NCBI GenBank assembly: GCA_024645045.1
Contig: JAHEGO010000001.1
Coordinates: 73,600-137,599, forward strand
Length of the DNA stretch: 64,000 nucleotides
DNA from: Sphingobacteriaceae bacterium
Lineage (GTDB): Bacteria > Bacteroidota > Bacteroidia > Sphingobacteriales > Sphingobacteriaceae
Direction: 5' to 3'
A model generated the notes under the pieces. That model was not told where the DNA came from. It searched no databases and saw only the letters and a list, made by a program, of their open reading frames with translations. Position numbers and translations under genes: made by a program. Position 1 is the first letter of the stretch. The number at the start of each line of letters is the position of its first letter. Shown piece by piece: positions 1 through 10,198 of this stretch.

Positions 1-575
1 AATGGAAAAATGCAGAAGCGAATGGCGAGCGTTTTTTACCTCATGAGTTCATGTATAAACTATTGCTTTCAAAAGACATGGAACAATACTACGAAATTGA
101 CCCTAAAAACTCTTGGATGTTAGCAGCCGCAGAGCGCAACTTGCCAATTATCTGCCCAGGATGGGAAGATTCAACCATGGGGAATATTTTCGCATCATAT
201 TGTATAAAAAACGAATTGAGTCCTTCTACAATGAAATCTGGTATTGAATACATGATGTATTTAACAGATTGGTATAGAGAAAATTCTGCTGGCAAAGGTG
301 TTGGATTTTTTCAAATTGGTGGCGGAATCGCTGGCGATTTTCCAATTTGTGTAGTTCCAATGATGTACCAAGACTTAGAATGGCACGATGTTCCATTCTG
401 GAGTTATTTCTGTCAAATATCTGATTCTACTACATCTTACGGTTCTTACTCTGGTGCTGTGCCGAATGAAAAAATCACTTGGGGTAAGTTAGATATAGAC
501 ACTCCAAAATTTATTGTAGAATCTGACGCAACAATTGTAGCGCCATTAATTTTTGCTTGGATTTTAGGACAATAA
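1..575 (+). CDS. deoxyhypusine synthase-like protein, C-terminal part (5' end lies left of the window)
   Basis: Frame 3 is open from base 3 (WKNAEANGERFLPHEF then MYKL), so the Met at 51 in the ORF track is internal. Motifs PIICPGWEDSTMGN, FFQIGGGIAGDFP and SDATIVAPLIF resemble the DHS/homospermidine-synthase-like family from memory. Confidence 0.7.
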   Translation, partial: WKNAEANGERFLPHEFMYKLLLSKDMEQYYEIDPKNSWMLAAAERNLPIICPGWEDSTMGNIFASYCIKNELSPSTMKSGIEYMMYLTDWYRENSAGKGVGFFQIGGGIAGDFPICVVPMMYQDLEWHDVPFWSYFCQISDSTTSYGSYSGAVPNEKITWGKLDIDTPKFIVESDATIVAPLIFAWILGQ

Positions 576-648
576 TTTCCTTTCTATTTAGAATCATTCG
601 AAATAATAGATATTGTAATCGAATTGTCATAGAAATGAAATAATATCC

Positions 649-656
649 TATTTTTG
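649..656 (+). promoter_or_regulatory. candidate Bacteroidota -7 promoter box (TATTTTTG = TAnnTTTG) upstream of actA
   Basis: Exact match to TAnnTTTG in the 184-bp gap before actA. TTG at 624-626 is a possible -33 element. It lies about 100 nt from the ATG at 760, so the link to actA is loose. Confidence 0.35.
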
Positions 657-759
657 TCCCACTAAATGTGTTTTTTTGGGAATCAAGAGGGCATTTTTAG
701 TAAAAAAAATCAAACAACAATTGAACATTTTTTTCATAAGATATTAATTATCAATTTAT

Positions 760-2034
760 ATGGGTTTTAATTTCTCGTTAACAAAAAATCACTCATTAAA
801 AGCTATCCTAACGCTGTTTTTTGCAATCGCTTGCGTAAGCTTTTCAACTGCTCAAGATTTAAAAGCAGGAGAGACACTTTTCAAGGCTAATTGTACTTCT
901 TGTCACGCTGTTGACAGGAAAGTAGTTGGTCCAGCATTGAAAGATGTAATTGAAGCAAAGGATGAAGCTTGGATGATCAAGTGGATTAAAAATTCGCAAT
1001 CATTAGTTAAAGCTGGTGATCCAGATGCACTCAAAATTTTTAATGAGTACAATCAATCTATCATGAGTTCGTTTCCGCAATTGTCTGATGATGATGCAAA
1101 AAGCATTATTGCTTATGTAAAGGCAGAACGTGACAAACCAAAGACTGCAGCAGTTGATGCTACAGGCGCAGCGGCTGGTACTGATGCTAGTTCGGTTAAT
1201 AATTACACCATTGTAGGTTTAGTAATTTTAATTGCAGTATTAATATTAGTTTTATATGTATTGAATAGAGTAATTAATTCTTTAGAGAAGTTAATTAGAA
1301 TCAATAATGGCGAAGTTGTTGATGCAGTAGTTAATGCAATCAAAGAAAAAGTTTCAACGTTTAAATGGATATTATTAAACAAGAAAAAAGTTTTCTATGC
1401 AGGAATGTTATTCATTTTCGTATTCAGTATTTGGTCTTGGAATCAAATGGCTAGCATCAATGTTAACACAGGCTACCAACCAGTTCAACCAATTGCTTTC
1501 TCACACGAATTGCATGCTGGCGTAAATCAAATCAATTGTCAATATTGTCACTCAGGCGCATTCAAATCTAAAAACGCAAGTATACCTTCGTTAAACGTTT
1601 GTATGAATTGCCATAACTATGTACAAGCTACAGAGAAATACAATGGCGAGATTTCTCCAGAAATCAAAAAGATTTACACAGCTTTAGATTACAATCCTGA
1701 TACACGTACTTACGGAAAAAACACTAAACCAATTGAATGGGTTAGAATTCATAATTTACCAGACTTTGCTTATTTCAATCACTCGCAACACGTTAAAGTT
1801 GCAGGTTTAGCTTGTCAACAATGTCATGGTCCAGTTGAGAAAATGACAGAGGTATACCAATATTCACCACTAACAATGGGATGGTGTATCAATTGCCACA
1901 GAACCACAGAAGTCAACTCAAAAGGCAATGCTTATTATGATAAAATTCTTGCTGCGCATGAAGACATCAAAAAAGGCAAAAAAGTTACTGCTGCAATGTT
2001 AGGTGGTTTAGAGTGTGTTAAGTGTCATTATTAA
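760..2034 (+). CDS. actA: alternative complex III subunit ActA, multihaem c-type cytochrome with an extra N-terminal monohaem domain
   Basis: Six CxxCH motifs (CTSCH, CQYCH, CMNCH, CQQCH, CINCH, CVKCH). Signal-like N-terminus and two hydrophobic helices (YTIVGLVILIAVLILVLYVL, VFYAGMLFIFVFSIWSW). First gene of an act-ordered block. Confidence 0.85.
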   Translation: MGFNFSLTKNHSLKAILTLFFAIACVSFSTAQDLKAGETLFKANCTSCHAVDRKVVGPALKDVIEAKDEAWMIKWIKNSQSLVKAGDPDALKIFNEYNQSIMSSFPQLSDDDAKSIIAYVKAERDKPKTAAVDATGAAAGTDASSVNNYTIVGLVILIAVLILVLYVLNRVINSLEKLIRINNGEVVDAVVNAIKEKVSTFKWILLNKKKVFYAGMLFIFVFSIWSWNQMASINVNTGYQPVQPIAFSHELHAGVNQINCQYCHSGAFKSKNASIPSLNVCMNCHNYVQATEKYNGEISPEIKKIYTALDYNPDTRTYGKNTKPIEWVRIHNLPDFAYFNHSQHVKVAGLACQQCHGPVEKMTEVYQYSPLTMGWCINCHRTTEVNSKGNAYYDKILAAHEDIKKGKKVTAAMLGGLECVKCHY

Positions 2035-2067
2035 TAAGAATTTAGATTATAAAATATCGTCATATAA

Positions 2068-5000
2068 ATGATGGAAAATAACGAAAAAAAATATTGGAAA
2101 GGTTTAGAGGAGTTGCACGCAACCCTAGACTTTGTAAAGCACAAAAGCAATGAGTTTGCTGAAGAACTTCCAATTGATGAATTATTAACGGAGTCGAAAG
2201 TAAACACTCCAACTCCTCGTAGAGATTTCCTAAAAGCTTTAGGATTTGGTATGGGTGCGGTAGCCTTGGCAGCTTGTAATGAAGCTCCAGTGCAGAAAGC
2301 AATTCCTTACTTAATCAAGCCAGAAGAAGTTGTTCCAGGTATTCCTAATTATTATACTTCCAACTATAATGGTTTAGGCGTATTGGTTAAAACGAGAGAA
2401 GGTCGTCCAATTAAAATTGAAGGTAATCCAAACGACCCTATTTCAATGGGTGGTACAGATGCGCAAGCGCAATCTTCTGTTTTAGATTTATACGATACTT
2501 CTAGATTGAAAAATCCAGTTGTAAAAGGTGCGGATTCAAATTGGGATGCAGTTGATAAATTAGTGAAAGCTAACCTATCTGAAATTGCAGCTAAAGGGGG
2601 TAACATTAGAATTTTAACGAATACTATTTTATCTCCATCAACTCAAGCTGTAATTGCAGACTTCTCAACTAAGTATGCAAATGTTAAACAAGTAACATTT
2701 GACGCAACTTCTTATTCAGGAATTATCAATGCAAACAAAAATAGTTTTGATAAAGCCGGCTTACCTTCTTACAAATTTGATAAAGCAGAAGTAGTAGTAA
2801 GTTTTGATGCTGACTTTTTAGGCTCATGGATTTCTCCAGTAGAATTCACTAAACAATATGTTACTTTAAGAAATCATAAAAGTTTAGAAAATAAAAAGAT
2901 GTCTCGCCATATTCAAATCGAAACCGGTTTAAGTATGACAGGAACAAATGCAGATGCTAGAATTGCTATCAAACCATCTCAACATGGAAACGCTGTAATT
3001 GCATTATACAATGCAGTTGCTTCTTTAGCGGGAACAGCAAAAGTGGCAAACACAGAATTACCATTTGCAAAAAAATTAGAAGAAATCGCAAAAGAATTGT
3101 GGGCTGCTAAAGGAAAATCTTTAGTTGTTTCTGGTTCGAATGATGTTTCAGTTCAAGTTGTTATCAACGCAATCAATGCAGCTTTAGGAAACTACGGTAG
3201 CACAATTGATTTAGACAATATGTCAACGCAGTTCCAAGGTAATGATGCAGAAATGCAAGACTTACTTTCAGAAATGAACGCTGGCAAGGTTGATGCTTTA
3301 TTTATTTTAGGAGCTAATCCTTCTTATAGTTTTGCACAAGCAGATGCATTCACCAAAGCATTGGCTAAAGTAAAATTAAAAGTATCTTTTGCTGATAGAG
3401 CAAATGAAACAGCAACAGCTTGTGATGTCATTGCACCTAATGCACATTACTTAGAAACATGGAATGATGTTTCTGCAAGAAGAGGGGTATATAGTGTTGT
3501 TCAACCAACAATTGCACCTGTATATAATTCTAGACCAGCAGCACAATCGTTATTGATGTGGGCTGATTTACCTTCAGATTACTTAGCGTATATCCAAGCA
3601 TATTGGGAGAAAAATATTTATCCTTCTGTTGCAAACGCTGGCACATTTACAAATTTTTGGGAAGCAAGTTTACAAAGCGGTTCAGTTGTAATCAACCAAC
3701 AAGTTGCAAAAGCATATGCCTTTAATAAGGATATCAATGCGGTTGCGAATACGATTCGTAATGCAAGCAAAACAGCTAGCGCTGTTGAATTAGCGATTTA
3801 CCAAAATACCGCAATTAGAGATGGCGAGCATGCAAACAATCCTTGGTTGCAAGAAATGCCAGATCCAGTTTCAAAAGTAACTTGGGATAACTATGCTGCA
3901 ATTAATCCAATCTTTGCAAAAGAGTTAGGGTTAACTGAAAACAGCATGGTAGAAATTAAATCTGCAGGTAATACAGTAAAACTTCCAGTGTTAATGCAAC
4001 CTGGTCAAGCGATGGGAACAGTTTCTGTTGCGATCGGTTACGGTAGAACCGCAGCTGGTAAAGCTGGTTCAAACGTAGGGGTAAATATTTATCCATTCTT
4101 AACAACTGTAAATGGCACTTTCCAAAATTACAATTCATCAATTGAATTAGTAAAAGCAGAAGGTTCATACGAACTTGCTCAAACACAAACTCACCATACC
4201 ATTGAAGGTAGAGATATCATCAAAGAAAAAACTTTAGCGGCATACGCAGGTCATGAAGCAGCTGCAGAAGGCGAGCATCATGCATCTGGCGAACACGCTG
4301 AAAGCAAAGGTGAACACCATGCAGATTTATGGGCGGCATATCAAAAGAATGGTCATCACCATTGGGCAATGACGATTGATTTAAATGCTTGTACTGGTTG
4401 TGGTGCTTGTGTGGTTGCATGTAGTTCAGAAAACAATGTTCCAGTTGTAGGTCGTGACGAAGTTCGTCGTCGCAGAGAAATGCATTGGATCCGTATCGAT
4501 CGTTATTATACTTTCGAAGATAAAGCAGGAAAAGAAATCACTAGAGAAAAAGAATACAATCAAGTTGAAAATTACGAAAATGTAAAAGTGGTTCATCAAC
4601 CAATGTTATGTCAACATTGCGACCATGCACCTTGCGAAACAGTTTGTCCTGTATTAGCAACTATGCATTCTTCTGAAGGCTTGAACCAAATGGCATATAA
4701 CCGTTGCGTAGGTACTCGTTACTGCGCTAACAACTGTCCATACAAAGTACGTCGCTTTAACTGGTTTAATTACTGGAACGATGATCGCTTTGCTAATTAC
4801 TTACACAATGAAGCAGCTTACTTGGCTTTAAACCCAGATGTAACAACACGTTTCAGAGGAGTAATGGAAAAATGTTCTTTCTGTGCGCAAAGAATCCAAG
4901 CAGGAAAATTAAAAGCGAAAATCGAACACCGTCCATTAAAAGATGGCGATGTAGTTACCGCTTGCCAACAAGGTTGCCCTGCTAATGCAATCGTATTTGG

Positions 5001-5133
5001 TGACGTAAACGATCCAAATAGTGAAGTTGCGAAATTGATTAAAGGCGATAGAACATATTTCGTATTAGAAGAAATCAATGTTCAACCTGGAATTGGTTAC
5101 ATGACTAAAGTTAGAAACACAATAGAATCATAA
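2068..5133 (+). CDS. actB: alternative complex III subunit ActB (molybdopterin-oxidoreductase-like domain fused to an Fe-S ferredoxin-type domain)
   Basis: 1021 aa. Twin-arginine motif TPRRDFLKALGF. C-terminal Cys clusters CTGCGACVVAC, CQHCDHAPCETVCP, CVGTRYCANNCP and CSFCAQR...CQQGCP. Confidence 0.9.
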   Translation: MMENNEKKYWKGLEELHATLDFVKHKSNEFAEELPIDELLTESKVNTPTPRRDFLKALGFGMGAVALAACNEAPVQKAIPYLIKPEEVVPGIPNYYTSNYNGLGVLVKTREGRPIKIEGNPNDPISMGGTDAQAQSSVLDLYDTSRLKNPVVKGADSNWDAVDKLVKANLSEIAAKGGNIRILTNTILSPSTQAVIADFSTKYANVKQVTFDATSYSGIINANKNSFDKAGLPSYKFDKAEVVVSFDADFLGSWISPVEFTKQYVTLRNHKSLENKKMSRHIQIETGLSMTGTNADARIAIKPSQHGNAVIALYNAVASLAGTAKVANTELPFAKKLEEIAKELWAAKGKSLVVSGSNDVSVQVVINAINAALGNYGSTIDLDNMSTQFQGNDAEMQDLLSEMNAGKVDALFILGANPSYSFAQADAFTKALAKVKLKVSFADRANETATACDVIAPNAHYLETWNDVSARRGVYSVVQPTIAPVYNSRPAAQSLLMWADLPSDYLAYIQAYWEKNIYPSVANAGTFTNFWEASLQSGSVVINQQVAKAYAFNKDINAVANTIRNASKTASAVELAIYQNTAIRDGEHANNPWLQEMPDPVSKVTWDNYAAINPIFAKELGLTENSMVEIKSAGNTVKLPVLMQPGQAMGTVSVAIGYGRTAAGKAGSNVGVNIYPFLTTVNGTFQNYNSSIELVKAEGSYELAQTQTHHTIEGRDIIKEKTLAAYAGHEAAAEGEHHASGEHAESKGEHHADLWAAYQKNGHHHWAMTIDLNACTGCGACVVACSSENNVPVVGRDEVRRRREMHWIRIDRYYTFEDKAGKEITREKEYNQVENYENVKVVHQPMLCQHCDHAPCETVCPVLATMHSSEGLNQMAYNRCVGTRYCANNCPYKVRRFNWFNYWNDDRFANYLHNEAAYLALNPDVTTRFRGVMEKCSFCAQRIQAGKLKAKIEHRPLKDGDVVTACQQGCPANAIVFGDVNDPNSEVAKLIKGDRTYFVLEEINVQPGIGYMTKVRNTIES

Positions 5134-5159
5134 TTTAAAAAGGATAAAATTTATATCGT

Positions 5160-6605
5160 ATGTCATCACACAGCGAATCAATAATAAGAGAACCGTTAAT
5201 TACCGGTCAAGCAATCAGCTACAGTCAAATTACTGAAGATGTTTGTGCGCCAGTAGAAAGAATGCCAAGCAAAGCTTGGTGGATCGGATTCAGTATTGCA
5301 GTTGCCGGATTAGTTTTATGGTTAATCGCAGTTAGTTATACCTTTTGGAATGGTATAGGTGCTTGGGGTTTAAATAAAACAGTAGGTTGGGCTTGGGATA
5401 TTACCAACTTCGTATGGTGGGTAGGTATCGGTCATGCCGGAACTTTAATTTCAGCAATTCTATTGTTGTTCCGTCAGAACTGGAGAAATTCAATTAACCG
5501 TTCTGCAGAAGCAATGACCATTTTTGCCGTAATCTGTGCGGCATCATTTATCGTTGCGCACATGGGTCGTCCTTGGGTTGCTTATTGGCCATTACCATTG
5601 CCAAATCAATTCGGTTCATTATGGGTAAACTTTAACTCACCATTAGTTTGGGACGTTTTTGCAATCTCTACCTATTTCTCAGTATCCTTAGTGTTTTGGT
5701 ATACTGGTTTATTACCAGATATTGCAACTATCAGAGACCGTGCACAAGGCTTAAGAAGAAGAATTTATTCAATCATGTCATTTGGTTGGAATGGTTCGGT
5801 AAAAACTTGGCAACGTTTCGAAACTGTATCGTTAATATTAGCCGGTGTTTCTACTCCATTAGTATTATCAGTTCATACCATTGTATCTTTTGACTTTGCT
5901 ACTTCGGTAATACCGGGTTGGCATACAACAATTTTCCCTCCATACTTTGTGGCTGGTGCAATTTTCTCAGGCTTTGCAATGGTATTAACATTATTGTTAA
6001 TTGCTAGAAAAGTTTTGGGATTTGAAAATTACATCACCATGGCCCACATTGAATCAATGAATAAAATTATTATTCTAACTGGTTCAATTGTAGGTGTTGC
6101 ATATGGTACTGAATTTTTCATCGCATGGTATTCAGGTGTTGAATACGAACAATATGCGTTCATTAACCGTGCTACTGGTCCATACTGGTGGGCATATTGG
6201 TCAATGATTACTTGTAACGTAATTTCTCCGCAATTATTCTGGTTCAAAAAAATCAGAACTAGCGTAACAGCAACTTGGATCCTTTCTATTTTTGTAAATA
6301 TCGGTATGTGGTTTGAGCGTTTCGTAATTATCGTAACTTCATTACACAGAGATTATTTACCATCAAGTTGGGCAATGTTCTATCCTACTTGGGTTGATGT
6401 ATCTATTTTTATTGGTTCATTAGGATTGTTCTTCACATTATTTTTATTGTTCCTTAGAGTTTTACCTGCAATTGCAATGGCAGAAGTTAAATTGTTATTG
6501 AAAGGTTCTTCTGAACAATCTAAGCGTAAATTAATTGAACACGGACATGTTGCACTTCCTGAAGGATACGACGGAAGCATTGAAGTAACTGGATCTAAAA
6601 ACTAA
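5160..6605 (+). CDS. actC: alternative complex III subunit ActC (NrfD/PsrC-like quinol-interacting membrane protein)
   Basis: 481-aa polytopic membrane protein directly after actB. W/G-rich helices are typical of the NrfD family. Confidence 0.85.
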   Translation: MSSHSESIIREPLITGQAISYSQITEDVCAPVERMPSKAWWIGFSIAVAGLVLWLIAVSYTFWNGIGAWGLNKTVGWAWDITNFVWWVGIGHAGTLISAILLLFRQNWRNSINRSAEAMTIFAVICAASFIVAHMGRPWVAYWPLPLPNQFGSLWVNFNSPLVWDVFAISTYFSVSLVFWYTGLLPDIATIRDRAQGLRRRIYSIMSFGWNGSVKTWQRFETVSLILAGVSTPLVLSVHTIVSFDFATSVIPGWHTTIFPPYFVAGAIFSGFAMVLTLLLIARKVLGFENYITMAHIESMNKIIILTGSIVGVAYGTEFFIAWYSGVEYEQYAFINRATGPYWWAYWSMITCNVISPQLFWFKKIRTSVTATWILSIFVNIGMWFERFVIIVTSLHRDYLPSSWAMFYPTWVDVSIFIGSLGLFFTLFLLFLRVLPAIAMAEVKLLLKGSSEQSKRKLIEHGHVALPEGYDGSIEVTGSKN

Positions 6606-6623
6606 ATTAACGAAGTAAAAGAG

Positions 6624-7163
6624 ATGAGTAAAGTAAAATATATTTTAGGACATTTTGACGATCCAGATGTTATGATGTCGGGAATAGATAAATTACAAAA
6701 AAGTAATATTTCTATTGAAGATGTTTTCACGCCATTTCCAATTCACGGAATTGAAAATAAATTAGGTGTTAAAAGATCTAGGTTGCCAATCGCAGCTTTT
6801 TGCTTCGGTATTACAGGAACCATTACAGCATTCACTATGATTTATTACATGTTGGTAGTAGATTGGCCAATGAACATTGGTGGTAAGCCTGCTTTTGCAT
6901 TTCCAGATTTTATTCCGGTTATGTTTGAGTTAACAGTATTGTTTGCAGCATACGGAATGGTTTTCACATTCTTTTATGCTAACCACTTGTTCCCAGGCAG
7001 AGCTCCAAGAGTAATGGATTTAAGAGCAACAAATGATCGTTTCGTAATTGCAATTGATGCAAGTTCAAATGATATTAATTCAGTTGATTCAGTTTTAAAA
7101 GAAGCTGGAGCAATTGAAATCAAACACAATGAAAGAAAATACATTAGCTATGATGAAGAATAG
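6624..7163 (+). CDS. actD: alternative complex III subunit ActD (DUF3341-like)
   Basis: 179 aa with a soluble N-terminal part (HFDDPD, FTPFPIHG) followed by two hydrophobic helices. Position fits between actC and the monohaem actE. Confidence 0.8.
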   Translation: MSKVKYILGHFDDPDVMMSGIDKLQKSNISIEDVFTPFPIHGIENKLGVKRSRLPIAAFCFGITGTITAFTMIYYMLVVDWPMNIGGKPAFAFPDFIPVMFELTVLFAAYGMVFTFFYANHLFPGRAPRVMDLRATNDRFVIAIDASSNDINSVDSVLKEAGAIEIKHNERKYISYDEE

Positions 7164-7740
7164 TTTCAAGATTTTTATAGTCGCTGTTGGTACTTTTGTG
7201 ACCATTGGTTCTTTAAGTTCTTGCTACCACAGCAAGAGAAACCCTGGATATGAATATGCTCCAAACATGTATCGTGCTTTGGCACCAAATCCAGATCAAC
7301 CGAACGCAAATTTCAAAGATGGTAAAACAGCACAAAATCCAGTAGCCGGAACTATTCCTATGGGCTGGAGCAAATTCCATTATGAAAACAGTTTAGCTGG
7401 ATATGAAGCAGCTTCAAAAGAGTTAGTAAATCCATTTGCAAATGATGCCGTTGCATTAGCAGAAGGTAAAGCATTGTACACAAACTTTTGTACACAATGT
7501 CATGGAATGCAAGGAAAAGCAGATGGAGCAATTGTAGTTGCAGGGAAATTCCCACCTCCACCATCATATTCAACAGGTACATCTTCAAGAGGTGGTGCCA
7601 TGAAAGATTTAACAGATGGAAAAATATTCCACACTATTACCTATGGTGTGAATTTAATGGGTTCTCATGCTGCACAATTAAGTCCAGCTGAAAGATGGAA
7701 AATAGTTTTATACGTTCACGAGTTACAAAAATTACAATAA
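7150..7740 (+). CDS. actE: alternative complex III subunit ActE, monohaem cytochrome c lipoprotein
   Basis: Single CxxCH (CTQCH) with Met further on. Starting at MMKNSFKIF gives a signal peptide ending in the lipobox-like LSSC. This start overlaps the actD stop at 7163. The track start at 7114 is judged a 5' over-extension. Confidence 0.8.
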   Translation: MMKNSFKIFIVAVGTFVTIGSLSSCYHSKRNPGYEYAPNMYRALAPNPDQPNANFKDGKTAQNPVAGTIPMGWSKFHYENSLAGYEAASKELVNPFANDAVALAEGKALYTNFCTQCHGMQGKADGAIVVAGKFPPPPSYSTGTSSRGGAMKDLTDGKIFHTITYGVNLMGSHAAQLSPAERWKIVLYVHELQKLQ

Positions 7741-7749
7741 TATAAACTG

Positions 7750-8958
7750 ATGGCAAATTTCGATTTAACTCAGAAATATGAATTTTCATCTAGCGCTAAA
7801 CGCTGGGCGATCATCATGATTTTATTAGGCATTGCAACAGTTGCATTTGGTTTGATGTCTGGTAATGCAGACCGTACATTCGCAAATCTTTTGTTGAATA
7901 GCTATTATATGACTGGCATTTGTGTAGCTGGTTTATTTTTCGTTGCAGTGCAATTTGTTGCAAATGCAGGATGGTCAACTTCTTTGATTAGAGTTCCATC
8001 TGCTTTTAGTACCGTATTGCCTTGGGCGGGTTTAATTTTAGTTGCAGTGGTTGGTTCAGGTTTAGCAACAGGCCACTTATACCAAAACTGGGCTAATCCA
8101 GCTTTAACAGACCCAAATTCTCCAGAATTTTCAGAATTAATCAAAGGGAAGTCAGGTTATTTAAATACTCCTTTCTTTATGATTCGTGTTGTTGGTTTCT
8201 TATTAGTATGGTCTTTATTCATGCGTGTACTTAGAAAGTATTCATTAAACGAAGATTTAGTAGGTGGGTTATTAAACTACAACAAAAGCATTAAAATTTC
8301 TGCTATATTTTTAGTGGTATTTGGTTTTACTTCTGCAATTTTTGCATTTGATATCATCATGTCTTTAGAAGCAAAATGGTTCTCAACCATGTTTGCATGG
8401 TATAACTTTGCAGCCCTTTGGGTTTGTGGTTTATCTACTATGGCATTAACCATTATCATTTTAAAAGAAAAAGGATATTTCGGTTGGGTGAACGAAAGTC
8501 ACATGCACGATTTAGGAAAATTCATTTTCGCATTTTCTATTTTCTGGACTTATGTTTGGTTCTCTCAATTCTTATTAATTTACTACGCGAATCTTCCAGA
8601 AGAAGTAGTGTACTTTAAAGAAAGATGGAGCGATCATTACTTTGTATGGTTTTGCTTAAACATTGCCATCAACTTTGTTGCACCAGTTTTGATTTTAATG
8701 TCTCGTGATGCAAAAAGAAATTTCAAAATGATGAAAATCGTTACCATCGTAATTTTATGTGGTCACTGGTTAGATTATTATATGATGATTATGCCAGGAA
8801 CAATGGGAGAGAAAAGCGGATTCGGAATCATTGAAATTGGAACAACTGTTGGTTTCATCGGAACATTTATTTTCTTAATGTTAACATCGTTGAGCAAAGC
8901 ACCGTTAGTTCCTAAAAATCACCCTTTCTTAAACGAAAGTTTACATCACGAAATTTAA
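7750..8958 (+). CDS. actF: alternative complex III subunit ActF (second NrfD-like membrane subunit)
   Basis: 402-aa polytopic membrane protein, last gene in the actABCDEF order. Confidence 0.8.
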   Translation: MANFDLTQKYEFSSSAKRWAIIMILLGIATVAFGLMSGNADRTFANLLLNSYYMTGICVAGLFFVAVQFVANAGWSTSLIRVPSAFSTVLPWAGLILVAVVGSGLATGHLYQNWANPALTDPNSPEFSELIKGKSGYLNTPFFMIRVVGFLLVWSLFMRVLRKYSLNEDLVGGLLNYNKSIKISAIFLVVFGFTSAIFAFDIIMSLEAKWFSTMFAWYNFAALWVCGLSTMALTIIILKEKGYFGWVNESHMHDLGKFIFAFSIFWTYVWFSQFLLIYYANLPEEVVYFKERWSDHYFVWFCLNIAINFVAPVLILMSRDAKRNFKMMKIVTIVILCGHWLDYYMMIMPGTMGEKSGFGIIEIGTTVGFIGTFIFLMLTSLSKAPLVPKNHPFLNESLHHEI

Positions 8959-8990
8959 TTTATTAACGATTCAAATTGAATATTAATCGT

Positions 8991-10178
8991 ATGAATATGT
9001 CTATAGGTCAGCAATTAAAATCATCAACAAAAGCAATAATACTTTTTGTTTTATTGACGATTTCTTCTACAATATCTTTTGCGCAAGCTGCGATGCCTGC
9101 TACTACTGATGTTGCAAGCCAAGAGCTTGGAATTACTTTTTGGTTTTATGTTTTATTATTAATCGCTTCTGTATTTGCATTCGCAGTAATAAATAAAACT
9201 TTAAAAGTTTTAGAATTAACACAAGAATTAAATGGAAAGAAAATTAAAAACACTTACAATAAAGTGAATGGTATTTTCTTTATCTTATTCTTAGTGATGT
9301 TCTTGGGTTATGTATATTATGAATTCACAACTCATGGCAGAATGTTATTACCAGAGTCTGCATCTGCACACGGTGTAATAACAGATAATTTATTTAATAT
9401 AACAGCTATAATTACAGGCGTTGTGTTTGTAATTACACATATCTTATTGTTCTATTTTTCTTTCAAGTACAAAGGGAAAGAAAAAAGAACTGCATTTTTC
9501 TACCCACACAATGACAAGCTAGAATTGTATTGGACAATTATTCCTGCTATTGTTTTAGCAGTACTAGTATTGTCTGGATGGAAAGCATGGACAAACATTA
9601 CTTCTCCAGCACCAAAAGAAGCTTTAACAATTGATGTTACTGGTAAGCAGTTTGCATGGATTGTTCGTTACCCAGGTAATGACAATACTTTAGGTTCAAA
9701 AGCTTTTAAATTGGTTAATGATGTAAATGAAACTGGAGTTGACTTCAACGACAAAAACGCAAAAGACGATTTATTAGTAAATGAAATTTATTTACCTGTT
9801 AACAGACCAGTTAAATTTAATTTCAATGCGAGAGACGTAATTCACTCTGCATACATGCCACATTTTAGAGCTCAAATGAACTGTGTGCCAGGAATGCCAA
9901 CTACATTCTGGTTTACGCCAACTATTACAACTGAGCAAATGCGCGCTAAAACCAACGACCCTAAATTTGATTACATTTTACTATGTGCTAAAATTTGTGG
10001 GAATGCACATTACAACATGCAAGTTAAAATAGTAGTTGTAAATGACACAGAATATGCAAAATGGTTAGCAACTAAAAAGCCTTTTTACACAGAAGAAATG
10101 GCTAAGCAAATTCAAGAAGCAGAAGCAAGTGTTGCAAAAGCAAGAGAAGAGAAATTAGCACTTAATACAAACGAATAA
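8991..10178 (+). CDS. ctaC: cytochrome c oxidase subunit II (CuA subunit, no fused cytochrome c domain)
   Basis: CuA-type ligand pattern DVIHSAYMPHF ... CAKICGNAHYNM. N-terminal hydrophobic helices and no CxxCH anywhere. The track start at 8976 is TTG; the first ATG is at 8991, and the exact start is uncertain. Confidence 0.85.
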   Translation: MNMSIGQQLKSSTKAIILFVLLTISSTISFAQAAMPATTDVASQELGITFWFYVLLLIASVFAFAVINKTLKVLELTQELNGKKIKNTYNKVNGIFFILFLVMFLGYVYYEFTTHGRMLLPESASAHGVITDNLFNITAIITGVVFVITHILLFYFSFKYKGKEKRTAFFYPHNDKLELYWTIIPAIVLAVLVLSGWKAWTNITSPAPKEALTIDVTGKQFAWIVRYPGNDNTLGSKAFKLVNDVNETGVDFNDKNAKDDLLVNEIYLPVNRPVKFNFNARDVIHSAYMPHFRAQMNCVPGMPTTFWFTPTITTEQMRAKTNDPKFDYILLCAKICGNAHYNMQVKIVVVNDTEYAKWLATKKPFYTEEMAKQIQEAEASVAKAREEKLALNTNE

Positions 10179-10198
10179 AAAAATTAGATAGATTTTTT

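Noticed and set aside
9990-10030. CuA motif reads CAKICG instead of the common CSELCG (no Glu between the Cys)
   Set aside because: That position is known to vary among haem-copper oxidases. All metal ligands (2 His, 2 Cys, Met) are present, so this is not evidence of an unusual site.
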